A stretch of DNA of 64,000 nucleotides from Fidelibacterota bacterium (GCA_021734025.1 JAIPJS010000005.1:2112-66111); one strand, 5' to 3'; shown: positions 9,602 through 19,600, numbered from the stretch's first letter. Notes: a model not told the origin generated them from the letters alone. Numbers and translations are program-made.

Positions 9602-12337
9602 TTACTCCTGAGGGGCGCTATCCCCAGGTGCCGTATTATCCCGCATTTGCCGCAACAGATCCTCCAGTTTATTCCACCGATCGCCATATTCAGCCCAATT
9701 GCCTTGTTGGAGGCTTTGTTGGGCCTGCCGGTACGTTTCCAATGCTGATTTCGCCATATCTGAAATATTCAGATTTTGAATCACCGAGGTAGAAGCAGCA
9801 GCCCGTTGATCCACTACCGGTGTTGGTCTTTTTTCACCGAAGAGCACGGCAAGGGCCTCATCCAAGGTCTCTTCCATCACAATTTGGTTGTCGTAGGAGA
9901 GAATGATCCGTCTCAGTTCCGGAATTTCCCCCTGATCCGATCGCATAAAGAGCGGCTCAACATAGAGCAGCGATTTTTCAATTGGTATAGCAAGCAGGTT
10001 ACCCCGGATGACCCGAGACCCCTGTTGACTCCATAGGGTTAACAGCTCGGAGATCTGGGAGTTCTGATCAATCCGTGCCTCAATCTGCATGGGGCCATAG
10101 ATCAATTCACTCTTCGGGAATTCATAGAGCAGAAGTTCTCCATAATGTTCTCCATCAGAACGGCCGGCGAGCCAGGCAATCATATTGTCCTTGTTCACCG
10201 GTGTAAATGGATAAATCAGGATAAATTCTTCCCCTCGCTCCTCCGGTAATTCCATAATCAGATAGTACGGCTCAACCCGCTTTTCATTCCCCTCATAGAC
10301 CTCTGTTGGGTATTCCCACTTATCTTCCTGATTATAAAACACATCCGGTTCAGTCATATGATACGACAGATAGACCTGCGACTGCACCTCAAACAGATCC
10401 GTGGGGTAACGGAAGTGCTTTTGAATCTCTGTCGGAATTTCAGATTTCGCCGTAAACAGGTTCGGGAAAATTTTCCGGTACGTCTGTAAAAGCGGATCTG
10501 TCTCGTCGACCACATAAAACTTCATGGTCCCGTCATATGCATCCACAACGACCTTCACCGAATTCCTGATATAGTTCGCATTTCCGCGTATCATCGGCTC
10601 GGCATACGGATAGTTCGAACTCAGGGTATAGGCGTCGATGATCCATTTTAATCCACCATTGATAATGGTGATATACGGATCGCTGTCATAGTGGAGGAAC
10701 GGCGCGACGTTTTGCACGCGTTCCCGGATTTCCCGGTGATAATGTACCCTGGAATCTTCCGTAAAATAATCGGAGATCACCACCTTTAAGCTGCTGAACT
10801 CATAGGCATACAACAAACGCCGCCACAACGAACCCATTGGTACGCCGCCATTACCGCTATATTGCGTATATTTATTTTCATCCCCCATGGGATAATCAAA
10901 TTCTTGTTCGGTTGTGCCGGTGAAAATATGGTAGTTAGACACTTCGCCGTAATAAATAGCCGGTCGCGTGATGTTGAAATCGGCCTCGGACACCGGGGGG
11001 ATATTCTTGATAAAAAGGTCGGGCAATCCTTCCTCTGTCACGATATTCACGGGACTCATGACTGCCCCATATCCGTGGGTGTATGTCAGTCGCTGATTTT
11101 GCCAGGTCTGGGCTCTTGTGGGTACCTGGTTATAGTTAAACTCCCTGGCTGACAACATCACCTGTCTGTAATCTCCGTCGATGAGATAGCGGTCAATATC
11201 CACGTCCTGAAAGGTGTAATACAACCGGATTTCCTGGAGCTGGCGATAGGTGCTCAGCAGGGGACGGGTATCCCAGAGACGAACATTCTGCATGGTTGGC
11301 TCGTTCTCAGCCAACACTTCTTGATTCAGGTTGGATTCTACAGGATAGTTCTTCCGCTGCACGTCGTGTAAATCGTAGGCATTCCGTGTAAATTCGATAT
11401 TATACTTGATATACGGCCGCTCACGATCCAGTTCGTTCGGTTCCACCACGAACTGCTGCTGAAACCAGGGATAAATTCCATTCACGAGGACCAGCGCGAT
11501 GACAAACACCGCCACGCCGCTGATCAATAAGTTCACGCCTTTCCGAATCACCGAAATGATAAACAGGACAGCCACGCCGATGGTCAACAAGGCCATTACC
11601 CAGTAGGATAACAACTTCGCATGGACGTCGGTATACCCCGCTCCGTACACGACTCCACTAGACGAGAACAATAAATCATACCGGTCAAGAAAGAATCGCG
11701 TGGCAATTAATATCGCAATACCGACTAGCAGGAGACTGATATGGGTCTGCACCCCGCCGGAAAAAATATTCTGCCGGGATTTCACAAACCGAATGGCCCC
11801 CTTGAGAAAGTAGACGGCGCCGGACAATAACAACCCCAACAAAAACAATGAAAGCAACCAGCTCTGGGCGCCATTGTAAAAGGGCAACTGGAAGAAATAA
11901 AACCCGATATCCTTTCCAAAGATGGGATCGACTGTGCCGAAGCTGCTGGGATTCATAAACTTCAGTATCGTTTCCCAGGAGGGCAACGTGGCCCCGGCGG
12001 CAATAAACGAGATAACGAGAATCAGTGCCCCGACAATGTAGTTAAAAATCTTTTGCCCCGGCATCTTTATGTCGGAATTCTGGAACTGCCGGAACGGTTT
12101 GTTTTTTGTCAGCCGATTTGCGACCCGGTAATTAATCCAGAGAAACGCAGCAAAGAGAATAAACGAGCCGATCCAGACAATTATTTTCCAGGTAATGACT
12201 GTCCAGAATACCTCAACAAAGTTGACGGCTGAAAACCACCAGGATTCGGTGATAATATTGGACAGACTGCTGATCACCGTCAATAAAAGAAAAACGGCTA
12301 CGATAAACCATATCGCCTTGTTTTGTTTGAAATTCAT
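9602..12337 (-). CDS. UPF0182-family large membrane protein
   Basis: 911 aa. The multi-TM N-terminal region and the conserved large extracytoplasmic region are typical of the UPF0182/COG1615 family. Confidence 0.7.
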   Translation of the reverse strand: MNFKQNKAIWFIVAVFLLLTVISSLSNIITESWWFSAVNFVEVFWTVITWKIIVWIGSFILFAAFLWINYRVANRLTKNKPFRQFQNSDIKMPGQKIFNYIVGALILVISFIAAGATLPSWETILKFMNPSSFGTVDPIFGKDIGFYFFQLPFYNGAQSWLLSLFLLGLLLSGAVYFLKGAIRFVKSRQNIFSGGVQTHISLLLVGIAILIATRFFLDRYDLLFSSSGVVYGAGYTDVHAKLLSYWVMALLTIGVAVLFIISVIRKGVNLLISGVAVFVIALVLVNGIYPWFQQQFVVEPNELDRERPYIKYNIEFTRNAYDLHDVQRKNYPVESNLNQEVLAENEPTMQNVRLWDTRPLLSTYRQLQEIRLYYTFQDVDIDRYLIDGDYRQVMLSAREFNYNQVPTRAQTWQNQRLTYTHGYGAVMSPVNIVTEEGLPDLFIKNIPPVSEADFNITRPAIYYGEVSNYHIFTGTTEQEFDYPMGDENKYTQYSGNGGVPMGSLWRRLLYAYEFSSLKVVISDYFTEDSRVHYHREIRERVQNVAPFLHYDSDPYITIINGGLKWIIDAYTLSSNYPYAEPMIRGNANYIRNSVKVVVDAYDGTMKFYVVDETDPLLQTYRKIFPNLFTAKSEIPTEIQKHFRYPTDLFEVQSQVYLSYHMTEPDVFYNQEDKWEYPTEVYEGNEKRVEPYYLIMELPEERGEEFILIYPFTPVNKDNMIAWLAGRSDGEHYGELLLYEFPKSELIYGPMQIEARIDQNSQISELLTLWSQQGSRVIRGNLLAIPIEKSLLYVEPLFMRSDQGEIPELRRIILSYDNQIVMEETLDEALAVLFGEKRPTPVVDQRAAASTSVIQNLNISDMAKSALETYRQAQQSLQQGNWAEYGDRWNKLEDLLRQMRDNTAPGDSAPQE

Positions 12338-12403
12338 TAAAACCTCCTGAAGTCAGATCCCCCCGAACAAATCAGGGGGAATGAAACCAATGTGGTGGGG
12401 TGG

Positions 12404-13162
12404 TTAATTACGTTCCTGAATGTCTTCCAGCTGATCGCGGATGCGTGCGGCATCTTCATAGCGTTCGAGCCGGACGGCTTCTTCCATATCCGCCTTGAGT
12501 TTTTCGGATTTGGAGAGTGGTTTTTCTTCCAGTACAGTTTCACGCCACTCTTCCAGAATTGTGATCTCTTTCCGGGATTCCTCTGAATCCTGGATCCCCC
12601 ATTTTTTATTAAAATCCCGAATTGCTTTAATACTCTTATCTATATCTTCCAGCGCACTGCGATACGTCTCATTTTCCAATGCCTGTTGAATTTTCGCCTG
12701 AGTCTGCATCATTTTCACATAGGGATAATACTGCATAAACGCCCAGGCACTCTCTTCATCTTTCGCGAATTCTTCTACAAATTCCAACACTTCCAGATTA
12801 TGCGCTGTATCCCGGATAACTCCGGAGTAATCACCTAATTCGGCAAAGCAAAGATACCGATGATAATACTGTATCGATTCCTGTTGCAGCTCGCGTAAAT
12901 CATCGGCTGTCAACTCAAACTGATCTTCCTCACCGGCCTCTCTCAGGGCATAATACTCCGACTGTATAAAATCCAGCACATTGGTATAGCCCTTGTACTC
13001 CTGTCCGTCAGGGCGTCCCTGCGCTTCCATCTGCAACAAGCCGAGATCGAGCCGGAGCTGTATCTTTTCGTTTCCGTCGCGACCAGTGATCTTCCGGACA
13101 TTCAGTATATCCGGATCAAATTCCCAGTTATTTAATATATCTGAAATATCTTGCTTGCTCAT
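12404..13162 (-). CDS. hypothetical protein with C-terminal UVR (UvrB/UvrC) motif
   Basis: The C-terminus ...MEEAVRLERYEDAARIRDQLEDIQ matches the UVR motif. Confidence 0.5.
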   Translation of the reverse strand: MSKQDISDILNNWEFDPDILNVRKITGRDGNEKIQLRLDLGLLQMEAQGRPDGQEYKGYTNVLDFIQSEYYALREAGEEDQFELTADDLRELQQESIQYYHRYLCFAELGDYSGVIRDTAHNLEVLEFVEEFAKDEESAWAFMQYYPYVKMMQTQAKIQQALENETYRSALEDIDKSIKAIRDFNKKWGIQDSEESRKEITILEEWRETVLEEKPLSKSEKLKADMEEAVRLERYEDAARIRDQLEDIQERN

Positions 13163-13416
13163 AATATCTCCGTGTTATCGAAATTAAGACCTCCCCTTAT
13201 GAATATAAAGAAAAAACGACAGTCTCCTGCCCTTCTGCGCGTACTTTTTTACAATCCATCCTTTGGTGTTAGTTGAAATTGAGTTGTACCAGCCGGAGTA
13301 AAATAAAGTTTCGCTCGGTAGTGCACGAACTCAGAGATCCCCGGGAAAAATCCAGTTGCTTGTCAGCTCATTTCTCATCAAATTCTGCTGGGGAGAATTA
13401 ACAAACTCAAGGGGAA

Positions 13417-13842
13417 TTGAGGGTACAGATGAACTGGTTAAAGCTAGAAGATGTTGCGCAGTGGATAAAGTCGCCGGGAAAAGCACAGTTGACTCCACAA
13501 GGGTTTCCGATGTTTCAGACGCCCAACGTAGAAATCGTGAAAAAAACTGAAGCAGACCTGTCAGGTCGTGGTTCGGTTATTCTGGCCGAAAATATGGATG
13601 CGATTTGGTACGTCGAAACCAAAGATCGGAAGACAAAATTTAATAAACAGGACAGCGAACGGTTCCTGCGATTAAAAGATGAGCTGAAGGAGCAACATCC
13701 CGATCTCTACATTCGGGGAATCATGTTGACCTCGGCTCCAATCGATGAAGAATCCCAGGAAAATTTGAAGGAAGAGGACTGTTTGCTAATCCACGTACCG
13801 GAAGAAAAGCGGGGGAATCATTCAGCCAGCGGCGAAAAATGA
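13417..13842 (+). CDS. hypothetical protein
   Basis: 141-aa ORF in an otherwise empty interval. I recognised no motif. Confidence 0.35.
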   Translation: MRVQMNWLKLEDVAQWIKSPGKAQLTPQGFPMFQTPNVEIVKKTEADLSGRGSVILAENMDAIWYVETKDRKTKFNKQDSERFLRLKDELKEQHPDLYIRGIMLTSAPIDEESQENLKEEDCLLIHVPEEKRGNHSASGEK

Positions 13843-13849
13843 AAAGATC

Positions 13850-14320
13850 ATGGCTCGCGATTCATTAACTTCCCAGTTAGAATCACTGGCAGATGATGCG
13901 CCGGATCCGGATTCTTTTTGCACGGATGCCGTCCGGCTCATAAAACAATCCAATGGAAAATACGATTGGGTTGGGATTTATGCTTCCCGGGAAAACCGGT
14001 TAAGCCTTCCGGAGTCCTGGTTTCAGGGCGCCACTCCTGAACATACGGAGATCTCCTTCGACGAAGGTATCTGTGGGGCTGCCGCCCGTGAGCGGAACAC
14101 CGTTGTTGTTGATGACGTCAATTCCGACCCCAGGTACCTTGCCTGTAGTATTTTTACACAATCCGAGATTGTGGTGCCGATACTCTCAGAAGACGGCACC
14201 CTTTACGGCGTTTTAGATTTGGACAGCGACACCCCGGCAGCATTCCAGTCGGAAGAACAACAATCCCTGGAAAACGCCGCTGCCATAATCGCCCGGTATT
14301 TTTCCACACATCAAAATTAA
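13850..14320 (+). CDS. GAF-domain protein (free methionine-R-sulfoxide reductase / YKG9 family-like)
   Basis: DWVGIYASREN...ICGAAARERNTVVVDDVNSDPRYLACS...VVPIL..DGTLYGVLDLDS is the signature of the fRMsr-type GAF family. Confidence 0.7.
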   Translation: MARDSLTSQLESLADDAPDPDSFCTDAVRLIKQSNGKYDWVGIYASRENRLSLPESWFQGATPEHTEISFDEGICGAAARERNTVVVDDVNSDPRYLACSIFTQSEIVVPILSEDGTLYGVLDLDSDTPAAFQSEEQQSLENAAAIIARYFSTHQN

Positions 14321-14346
14321 TCCGATTCTGACTATCTAGTGAAATT

Positions 14347-15279
14347 ATGGGAATTTTCTTTACCATAACCATTGTTGTCGTACTGCTGGTCGCCGTTCCA
14401 ATTGTCGCCGGACACGTCGCGTTTTCCGTGACGCCGCAACCGAGCAAGCGCACGCCTGAATCGCTGGGACTGGCCTTCCAGGACATTTATTTCCGCAATG
14501 CCAATAACGAAGTCCTGCACGGCTGGTGGATCCCGCACAGTGAGGCCTCCAAAGAAGAGCCCTGCCCTACGCTGGTATTTGTCCACGGATGGGGCCGAAA
14601 TTGTGAGCGGATGCTGCCCTATATGGATGCGTGCAGGGATTTGCCGGTAAATTTGTTAGCCATTGACGTCCGGGGCCACGGCGAAAATGCGAAGAATAAT
14701 TTTATCACCGAGGTCGGTATTGCTGACGATATCAACGCGGCAATTGACTGGCTGGTGCTGCAGCCAGGAGTCGATATTCAGCGTATCGGACTCATGGGGC
14801 ATTCCTTTGGGGCTGCTGCCACCATCATGGAATCGTCCAGAGATAAACGCATTGCTGCCTTCGTAGCCGACGGCAGTTTTGCCAATCCCATGGATATACT
14901 GAAGGAGATGATGGAATCCAAAAAGGTCCCCTATATTCCCCTGGGATGGCTGATACGCCAATATATCCAGATGCGACTGAATGCTACATTCGACCAAATC
15001 GCACCGGAGAACCGGATCACCTCCACTCAGTCACCCGGCTTACTCATACACGGCGATAAGGATCCCGTGATACCGGTGGAAGACAGTCACCGGATCCTGG
15101 GGAATGCCGGAGAAAATGTCCAACTTTGGATCGCCAACGGATGCGATCATTCCAACACCCCAGAACATCCTGACTTTCAGAACGTTCTGCGGAATTTTTT
15201 GCGACAATCACTGATTGACCTGCCCCCCGCTCCGGGAGATTCTCCGGCGGAAGAGCATTTCTCACCCATTGTAAACTGA
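14347..15279 (+). CDS. alpha/beta hydrolase (dienelactone hydrolase / BAAT-like)
   Basis: N-terminal TM helix. It has the HGWGRN oxyanion region, the GHSFGAA nucleophile elbow, and D/H downstream. Confidence 0.7.
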   Translation: MGIFFTITIVVVLLVAVPIVAGHVAFSVTPQPSKRTPESLGLAFQDIYFRNANNEVLHGWWIPHSEASKEEPCPTLVFVHGWGRNCERMLPYMDACRDLPVNLLAIDVRGHGENAKNNFITEVGIADDINAAIDWLVLQPGVDIQRIGLMGHSFGAAATIMESSRDKRIAAFVADGSFANPMDILKEMMESKKVPYIPLGWLIRQYIQMRLNATFDQIAPENRITSTQSPGLLIHGDKDPVIPVEDSHRILGNAGENVQLWIANGCDHSNTPEHPDFQNVLRNFLRQSLIDLPPAPGDSPAEEHFSPIVN

Positions 15280-15351
15280 AGAATTCAGCGTAAACTCATA
15301 TCATGGAATCGCGAAATCCGAGACACATCGTCGGGCAGTTTAACGACGGTA

Positions 15352-15777
15352 TCAATGCTCATGATATTGACGGGATGGACCGACCCAATTTTCTGCAGAA
15401 AGTCCGAAAATACGCTGAAATTCTCTCAGGTTATTTGTTACTAGTGTCAGGTGTTCGCTCAGAGCATGCGCACCAATCATCATATCATAAGCGTCGATGA
15501 CGTTGCCCCGCCTTTCTAGTGTCGCACGGACTTTTCCGAATTCCTCCACCACCTCTCCAGCGAATGGTAAAATATCGAATGGTGAGAGAAATCCCGCCAG
15601 AGCGATACGGTTTCGTTCCTGTTGTTCGCTTTTTTCGACACCGTACTGAAGTTCGGCCAGGGTTACCGATGAAATACAAAGATTTCCGACGCCGAATTCC
15701 CGAAACTTCGTGATCACCGGCTTCGGTTTTCGCTTTATAATGTAAATACAGATATTCGTGTCGAGCATGTATTTCAT
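15352..15777 (-). CDS. vapC: PIN-domain toxin VapC
   Basis: MLDTNICIY...acidic residues typical of PIN. The start overlaps the stop of a VapB-like reading frame. Confidence 0.75.
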   Translation of the reverse strand: MKYMLDTNICIYIIKRKPKPVITKFREFGVGNLCISSVTLAELQYGVEKSEQQERNRIALAGFLSPFDILPFAGEVVEEFGKVRATLERRGNVIDAYDMMIGAHALSEHLTLVTNNLREFQRIFGLSAENWVGPSRQYHEH

Positions 15778-16003
15778 TCGGGATTATCTCGGTCCTGCAC
15801 TCGCGGCTGATTCCGATTCTCCATGAAATTGTCGGAAAAATAGGCCCGGCTCTCTTCCATTACGGCCCACGGGCTCTCCTTCGGGATCAGCATTACAATA
15901 TCCCCGAGTTTTTCCAATAGACCTCGGACGCGTCGAATCGGTATTCCTTTGGCAGGCGAACTGCCTGGCTTCGTCCGTTTTTAAATAGCTTGGCGGTGTC
16001 CAT
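15774..16003 (-). pseudogene. vapB: VapB (AbrB/SpoVT-type) antitoxin, apparently frameshifted
   Basis: ATG at 16003 gives MDTAKLFKNGRSQAVRLPKEYRFDASEVYWK, then a stop. The continuation KLGDIVMLIPKESPWAVMEE...NPE* is in the -1 frame and ends in TGA overlapping the vapC ATG. The shift occurs at an A5 run near 15905-15915. The total length of 230 nt is not a multiple of 3. Confidence 0.5.
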
Positions 16004-16224
16004 AGGTATCTCCTATTCTGAAGGAGACATCCAAAAACGCTTTTCCCGCCAAACGGCTTAATCTATCAGTTTTTACCGCGTTCGCCGGACTCACTGCCTG
16101 GGAACTATTTCAAACGGTGTGGGGCTATCCGGTGGATCTGAACGATATACTGATGAGCAGTATCGGATCCATTTTCACTCTCCTGGTAGTCAGGGTGTTC
16201 TACAGAGTTTAAGGCGGGAACGGG

Positions 16225-16944
16225 TTAAAAAATCTTCCGGTTAAACCGGCGATACAGCAGGATAAACAGTCCTGTGTGAGTAAAAATTCCCACACCCAGG
16301 TTGATTAGATAGACAAGAAATGAGTCCGCCCAGTACGCTTCGGCAATCCAGAAGACCGGTGAGAGTCCAGCGACGTACTGGACGGGAGACTGGACGAGGA
16401 AGCCCACAATCAGCGCAACTATATAGATGCCCATGGCCTTGCTCAGCGCGAGTCCTTCAACTTTATTTTCCGCCAGCCCCACCAGGAACATTCCGGCGAG
16501 TAACGCCTCTGTAGATAACAGCATTGCCAGTGGAATAAACCGGAGAAGTTTGCCGTTTCCGAAGCCGGAAAACCAGAAAAACACCAGCAGAAACAGGAAG
16601 GCCATCAGGGTCGGCAGGACAAATTTTCGCCGGATGTAGCCGTTCCGGGAAAGCGGCGTGACTGCCACGAACCGAATAATGTCTTCGTCCTGCTCGTCCA
16701 GCAGTACCAGTCCGATGAGCATCCCGTAGATCATCGGCGGCAGGGTGCAGAGAAAGATAAAGATCAGCGGCGTGTACGGGGTCAACTCGAAGGCAAACTG
16801 TGTCCAGAGGACAGAAGCCAGTTCCGGGATCCCGAACCGGAGCAGACCGAAGATCAGCACCGGCGCACACAGGATCAGCACGTACATGGCATCTCTGGTA
16901 TAGTGCCGTGTATCGCCGGCCAGGAGTGTCAGTGTACGCTTCAC
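16225..16944 (-). CDS. ABC-2 type transporter permease
   Basis: 239-aa polytopic membrane protein in an operon with an ABC ATPase. Confidence 0.6.
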   Translation of the reverse strand: MKRTLTLLAGDTRHYTRDAMYVLILCAPVLIFGLLRFGIPELASVLWTQFAFELTPYTPLIFIFLCTLPPMIYGMLIGLVLLDEQDEDIIRFVAVTPLSRNGYIRRKFVLPTLMAFLFLLVFFWFSGFGNGKLLRFIPLAMLLSTEALLAGMFLVGLAENKVEGLALSKAMGIYIVALIVGFLVQSPVQYVAGLSPVFWIAEAYWADSFLVYLINLGVGIFTHTGLFILLYRRFNRKIF

Positions 16945-17645
16945 AGATCCGATCCTATGCTTCGTATGACGTATTTATTGAACCAGCTCGCCGCCCACCA
17001 CCAGGCCAAACCGTTCCAGATAACCAGGTTTATAACAGCTAATCCCATCTCTGGAAAAGAAACTGCCCTGAACGGTGCGCTGACCAGTACTATCAGTCCA
17101 TAGGTCGGCAGTATGCGGAAGAAAACGCTTTCGACGAGGTGAAAATAGTCCATGAGGGGCAGCGCCAGGACAATTGTATAGACAATGGCCCGGAAGAAAT
17201 AGCCATTCAGCGTGCGGGAACGTGCGACCACTGCGATGCCGATGAGGATGAAAAAGATCGAACCCAACACAGCGCCAATAAGAAACCAGCCGATATTCGC
17301 TTTGGTCTGTCCGCCGCCGAGGAGTACGACCAGACTCACCAGCACGGCGAGCGCGGACAGGGTGGCGGTTTTTGACCAGAGATATTCCCGGGGACGGAGC
17401 GGCGTGACGAACAGGCTGTCCAGCGTACGTTGCCTGCGCTCCAGCAGGATAATCCCTCCAATAAAGAAGAAGCCAAGTACGGAAGTATCGGTAAAGACCA
17501 GATACGGGATCAGCACAGCACGGACTTCCGGAGAAAGGCTCAGCAGGGCGGCAAGGTACACCGCGGTCACCAGCGCGTACGCAGCGTAAAATCCGTGGCG
17601 CCACTGGAATTTGAGATCGTATTGTATTGCGGCTGAAATTCTCAT
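16941..17645 (-). CDS. ABC-2 type transporter permease
   Basis: 234-aa polytopic membrane protein. It overlaps the downstream permease by 4 nt. Confidence 0.6.
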   Translation of the reverse strand: MRISAAIQYDLKFQWRHGFYAAYALVTAVYLAALLSLSPEVRAVLIPYLVFTDTSVLGFFFIGGIILLERRQRTLDSLFVTPLRPREYLWSKTATLSALAVLVSLVVLLGGGQTKANIGWFLIGAVLGSIFFILIGIAVVARSRTLNGYFFRAIVYTIVLALPLMDYFHLVESVFFRILPTYGLIVLVSAPFRAVSFPEMGLAVINLVIWNGLAWWWAASWFNKYVIRSIGSDL

Positions 17646-17687
17646 TGCTTATTCGTTCTATGTAAAAATTGAGTGGTTATCATTGGA

Positions 17688-17875
17688 AGTATTGCGTACT
17701 GCGTATTGCGTATTCGTAATCATTCGCACCTTGCTTTGAATGACCCTTTCAGGGGTCTGCGACCCCTGAAAGGGTCATTTTTACTTGTCTCCGTTGGTCC
17801 AGCAACCGCCAGTGTTTTTGTTGTGGTAAAAACGACCGACGGGAATTCTTTTACGCAATACGTAATACGCACTAT
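17688..17875. repeat. MITE-like element with imperfect terminal inverted repeats and a central perfect 16-bp-stem hairpin, inserted between ABC ATPase and permease genes
   Basis: The left end is agtattgcgtactgcgtattgcgtattcgtaat. The right end is the reverse complement of atagtgcgtattacgtattgcgtaaaagaat. The central palindrome is gaccctttcaggggtc-tgc-gacccctgaaagggtc followed by a T run. Related motifs occur at 19443-19540, 37725-37765 and 48640-48680. Confidence 0.55.
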
Positions 17876-17879
17876 TCGT

Positions 17880-18734
17880 TCACACTAACCGTCGCCCGGT
17901 CGTCTTTATAAAAACATCCTCCAGTGACGCCTCCTGGGTATGGATGGTCTCGACCTGGTTTTTGCGTAGTATATTAAGGAATTCGGCGTTTTCTCCCAGC
18001 GAATCGATAGGAAAATCCCTTGTTTCGGTTTGACCCTTTAATTGATATTCGACCCGGACGAGTTTCTTGCCGTCCCGGAGTTTCAGTTCCCGGGGCGAAT
18101 CACACAGGACGAGTTCGCCGTCCACAATAAAGGCTACCCGGTCGCAGAGTTCGTCGGCCACGTGCATGTTGTGCGTGGTGAGGAAGACTGTGACACCTTC
18201 GTCCCGTTTTTTCAACACGATGTCCCGGATTTTTCTGGCATTCACCGGGTCCAGTCCGGCAGTCGGTTCATCCAGGAAGACCAATTTTGGATTGTTCAGG
18301 AACGCCCGGCAAAAGTTCAGGCGCATCTTCATTCCCTTGGAGAAATTACCAACCCGGGTGTTTGCATCCCCCGAAAGCCCGACCATCTCCAACAGTTCAC
18401 CGGGATTAGCCGTATTATCCTTATAGAGCGCGGCAAAATAGTCCAGATTTTCCATGGCGGTGAACTTGGAGTAAAAGTTCGGGAATTCGAACGCCACGCC
18501 GACCTGCTCGTAAAAATCCGGTGAAATGTTGCTCAGTTCCTGTCCCAGCACTTGCACTGAACCGGCGTACCGTTTCAGGATCCCGATGAGGACGCTCTGG
18601 GTGGTACTCTTTCCTGCGCCGCTGGGACCGAGAAAGCCAAGAATTTCGCCGTCATTAACTGAAAAGTTGAGTGTGTCGAGGGTAAATCGTTCGTTTCCGG
18701 GATAGGAAAATGTCAGGTCACGGACAGTAATCAT
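17880..18734 (-). CDS. ABC transporter ATP-binding protein
   Basis: Walker A GPSGAGKST, signature motif, and Walker B LVFLDEPTAGLD. Confidence 0.85.
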   Translation of the reverse strand: MITVRDLTFSYPGNERFTLDTLNFSVNDGEILGFLGPSGAGKSTTQSVLIGILKRYAGSVQVLGQELSNISPDFYEQVGVAFEFPNFYSKFTAMENLDYFAALYKDNTANPGELLEMVGLSGDANTRVGNFSKGMKMRLNFCRAFLNNPKLVFLDEPTAGLDPVNARKIRDIVLKKRDEGVTVFLTTHNMHVADELCDRVAFIVDGELVLCDSPRELKLRDGKKLVRVEYQLKGQTETRDFPIDSLGENAEFLNILRKNQVETIHTQEASLEDVFIKTTGRRLV

Positions 18735-19342
18735 TAGGGGCGTTCCTCCGGGATCAGCTGATTCGCGATGCTCTCTGCCAGCAATTCCACGGTATCATCG
18801 AAATAGTCGTCACCGATTTCGTTTCGGTGAAGGATCATGAGAAACAGGGCGCGGATGGCGCTGGTGATGATCTCCGGGTCACGCCGGATCATCTGTCCGG
18901 CATCCTGCCACTGGTGAATCAGCGGCGTGAGCTCGGAGATATCTTCGGACGTGTGTTGGTCGAGGTATTCCTGCGGGAGTTTTCGTGCCAGGTATCGGTA
19001 CTCGTCCTCCAGGTACATCCGGCGGATAATCGGATTTTTGCCGATGAGCCGAAACGCCTCTAGCAGGAAATCGCGAAACGTGGGTGCAGAGAATTCCTTC
19101 CCGGAGAGCTGCATCAACACCTTGCCCTTGAGTTTCTTTTCTTCCCGCCGGAAGATTTCAAAGTAGAGTACCTCTTTCGATTCAAAAAACGAATAAAACG
19201 ATCCCTTGGCAATCCCGACTGCTTCCGTGAGATCCTCCACGGTGGTCTTTTTCAGCCCGAAGGTGCTGAATAGATCTTCACCCGTCTGAAGCAGCGCGTT
19301 TTTGATCTCCGTTTTTTCCTCAGAACTGAACGATTTTGGCAT
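18734..19342 (-). CDS. TetR/AcrR family transcriptional regulator
   Basis: N-terminal HTH (TTVEDLTEAVGIAKGSFYSFFESKEVL). It is the first gene of the ABC operon. Confidence 0.75.
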   Translation of the reverse strand: MPKSFSSEEKTEIKNALLQTGEDLFSTFGLKKTTVEDLTEAVGIAKGSFYSFFESKEVLYFEIFRREEKKLKGKVLMQLSGKEFSAPTFRDFLLEAFRLIGKNPIIRRMYLEDEYRYLARKLPQEYLDQHTSEDISELTPLIHQWQDAGQMIRRDPEIITSAIRALFLMILHRNEIGDDYFDDTVELLAESIANQLIPEERP

Positions 19343-19442
19343 CTCTGGCAGCCTTAAATGTTTTTGTGACTATTTTATTCATTTGGTCACACAATATTTA
19401 CAACCCGGAAATCTTATTGTCAAGCGCTTTTGTGACTGAAAA

Positions 19443-19540
19443 AATTATTTGGTCATAAAGAGTATTGCGTATTGCGTATGACGTATAAAATGATACAGGA
19501 GTGAGATTTACGCAATACATCATACGCAATAAAAAAACAA
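19443..19540. repeat. short inverted-repeat element of the TACGCAATACGCA family immediately upstream of the tetR operon
   Basis: agtattgcgtattgcgtatgacgta ... tacgcaatacatcatacgcaata. It shares motifs with the 17.7 kb element. Confidence 0.5.
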
Positions 19541-19570
19541 AACCCCGCCGCCAATTCCCTGGCGACGGGG
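19531..19570 (-). terminator. intrinsic terminator downstream of lipoprotein gene (minus strand)
   Basis: The minus strand reads ccccgtcgccagggaattggcggcgggg followed by TTTTGTTTTTTT. Confidence 0.55.
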
Positions 19571-19600
19571 TATGATTAACCCTGGTCTCTTTATCCGGCG

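Noticed and set aside
9130-9792. 220-aa plus-strand ORF bridging the HU-TPR gene start and the UPF0182 gene end
   Set aside because: It overlaps two convincing minus-strand genes and spans their intergenic region. It has no motif and no RBS.
17737-17790. Perfect palindrome plus T-run as a functional plus-strand intrinsic terminator
   Set aside because: There is no plus-strand gene upstream. The hairpin lies inside a TIR-bounded element within a minus-strand operon. It is interpreted as part of the MITE, although it may act as a bidirectional attenuator.
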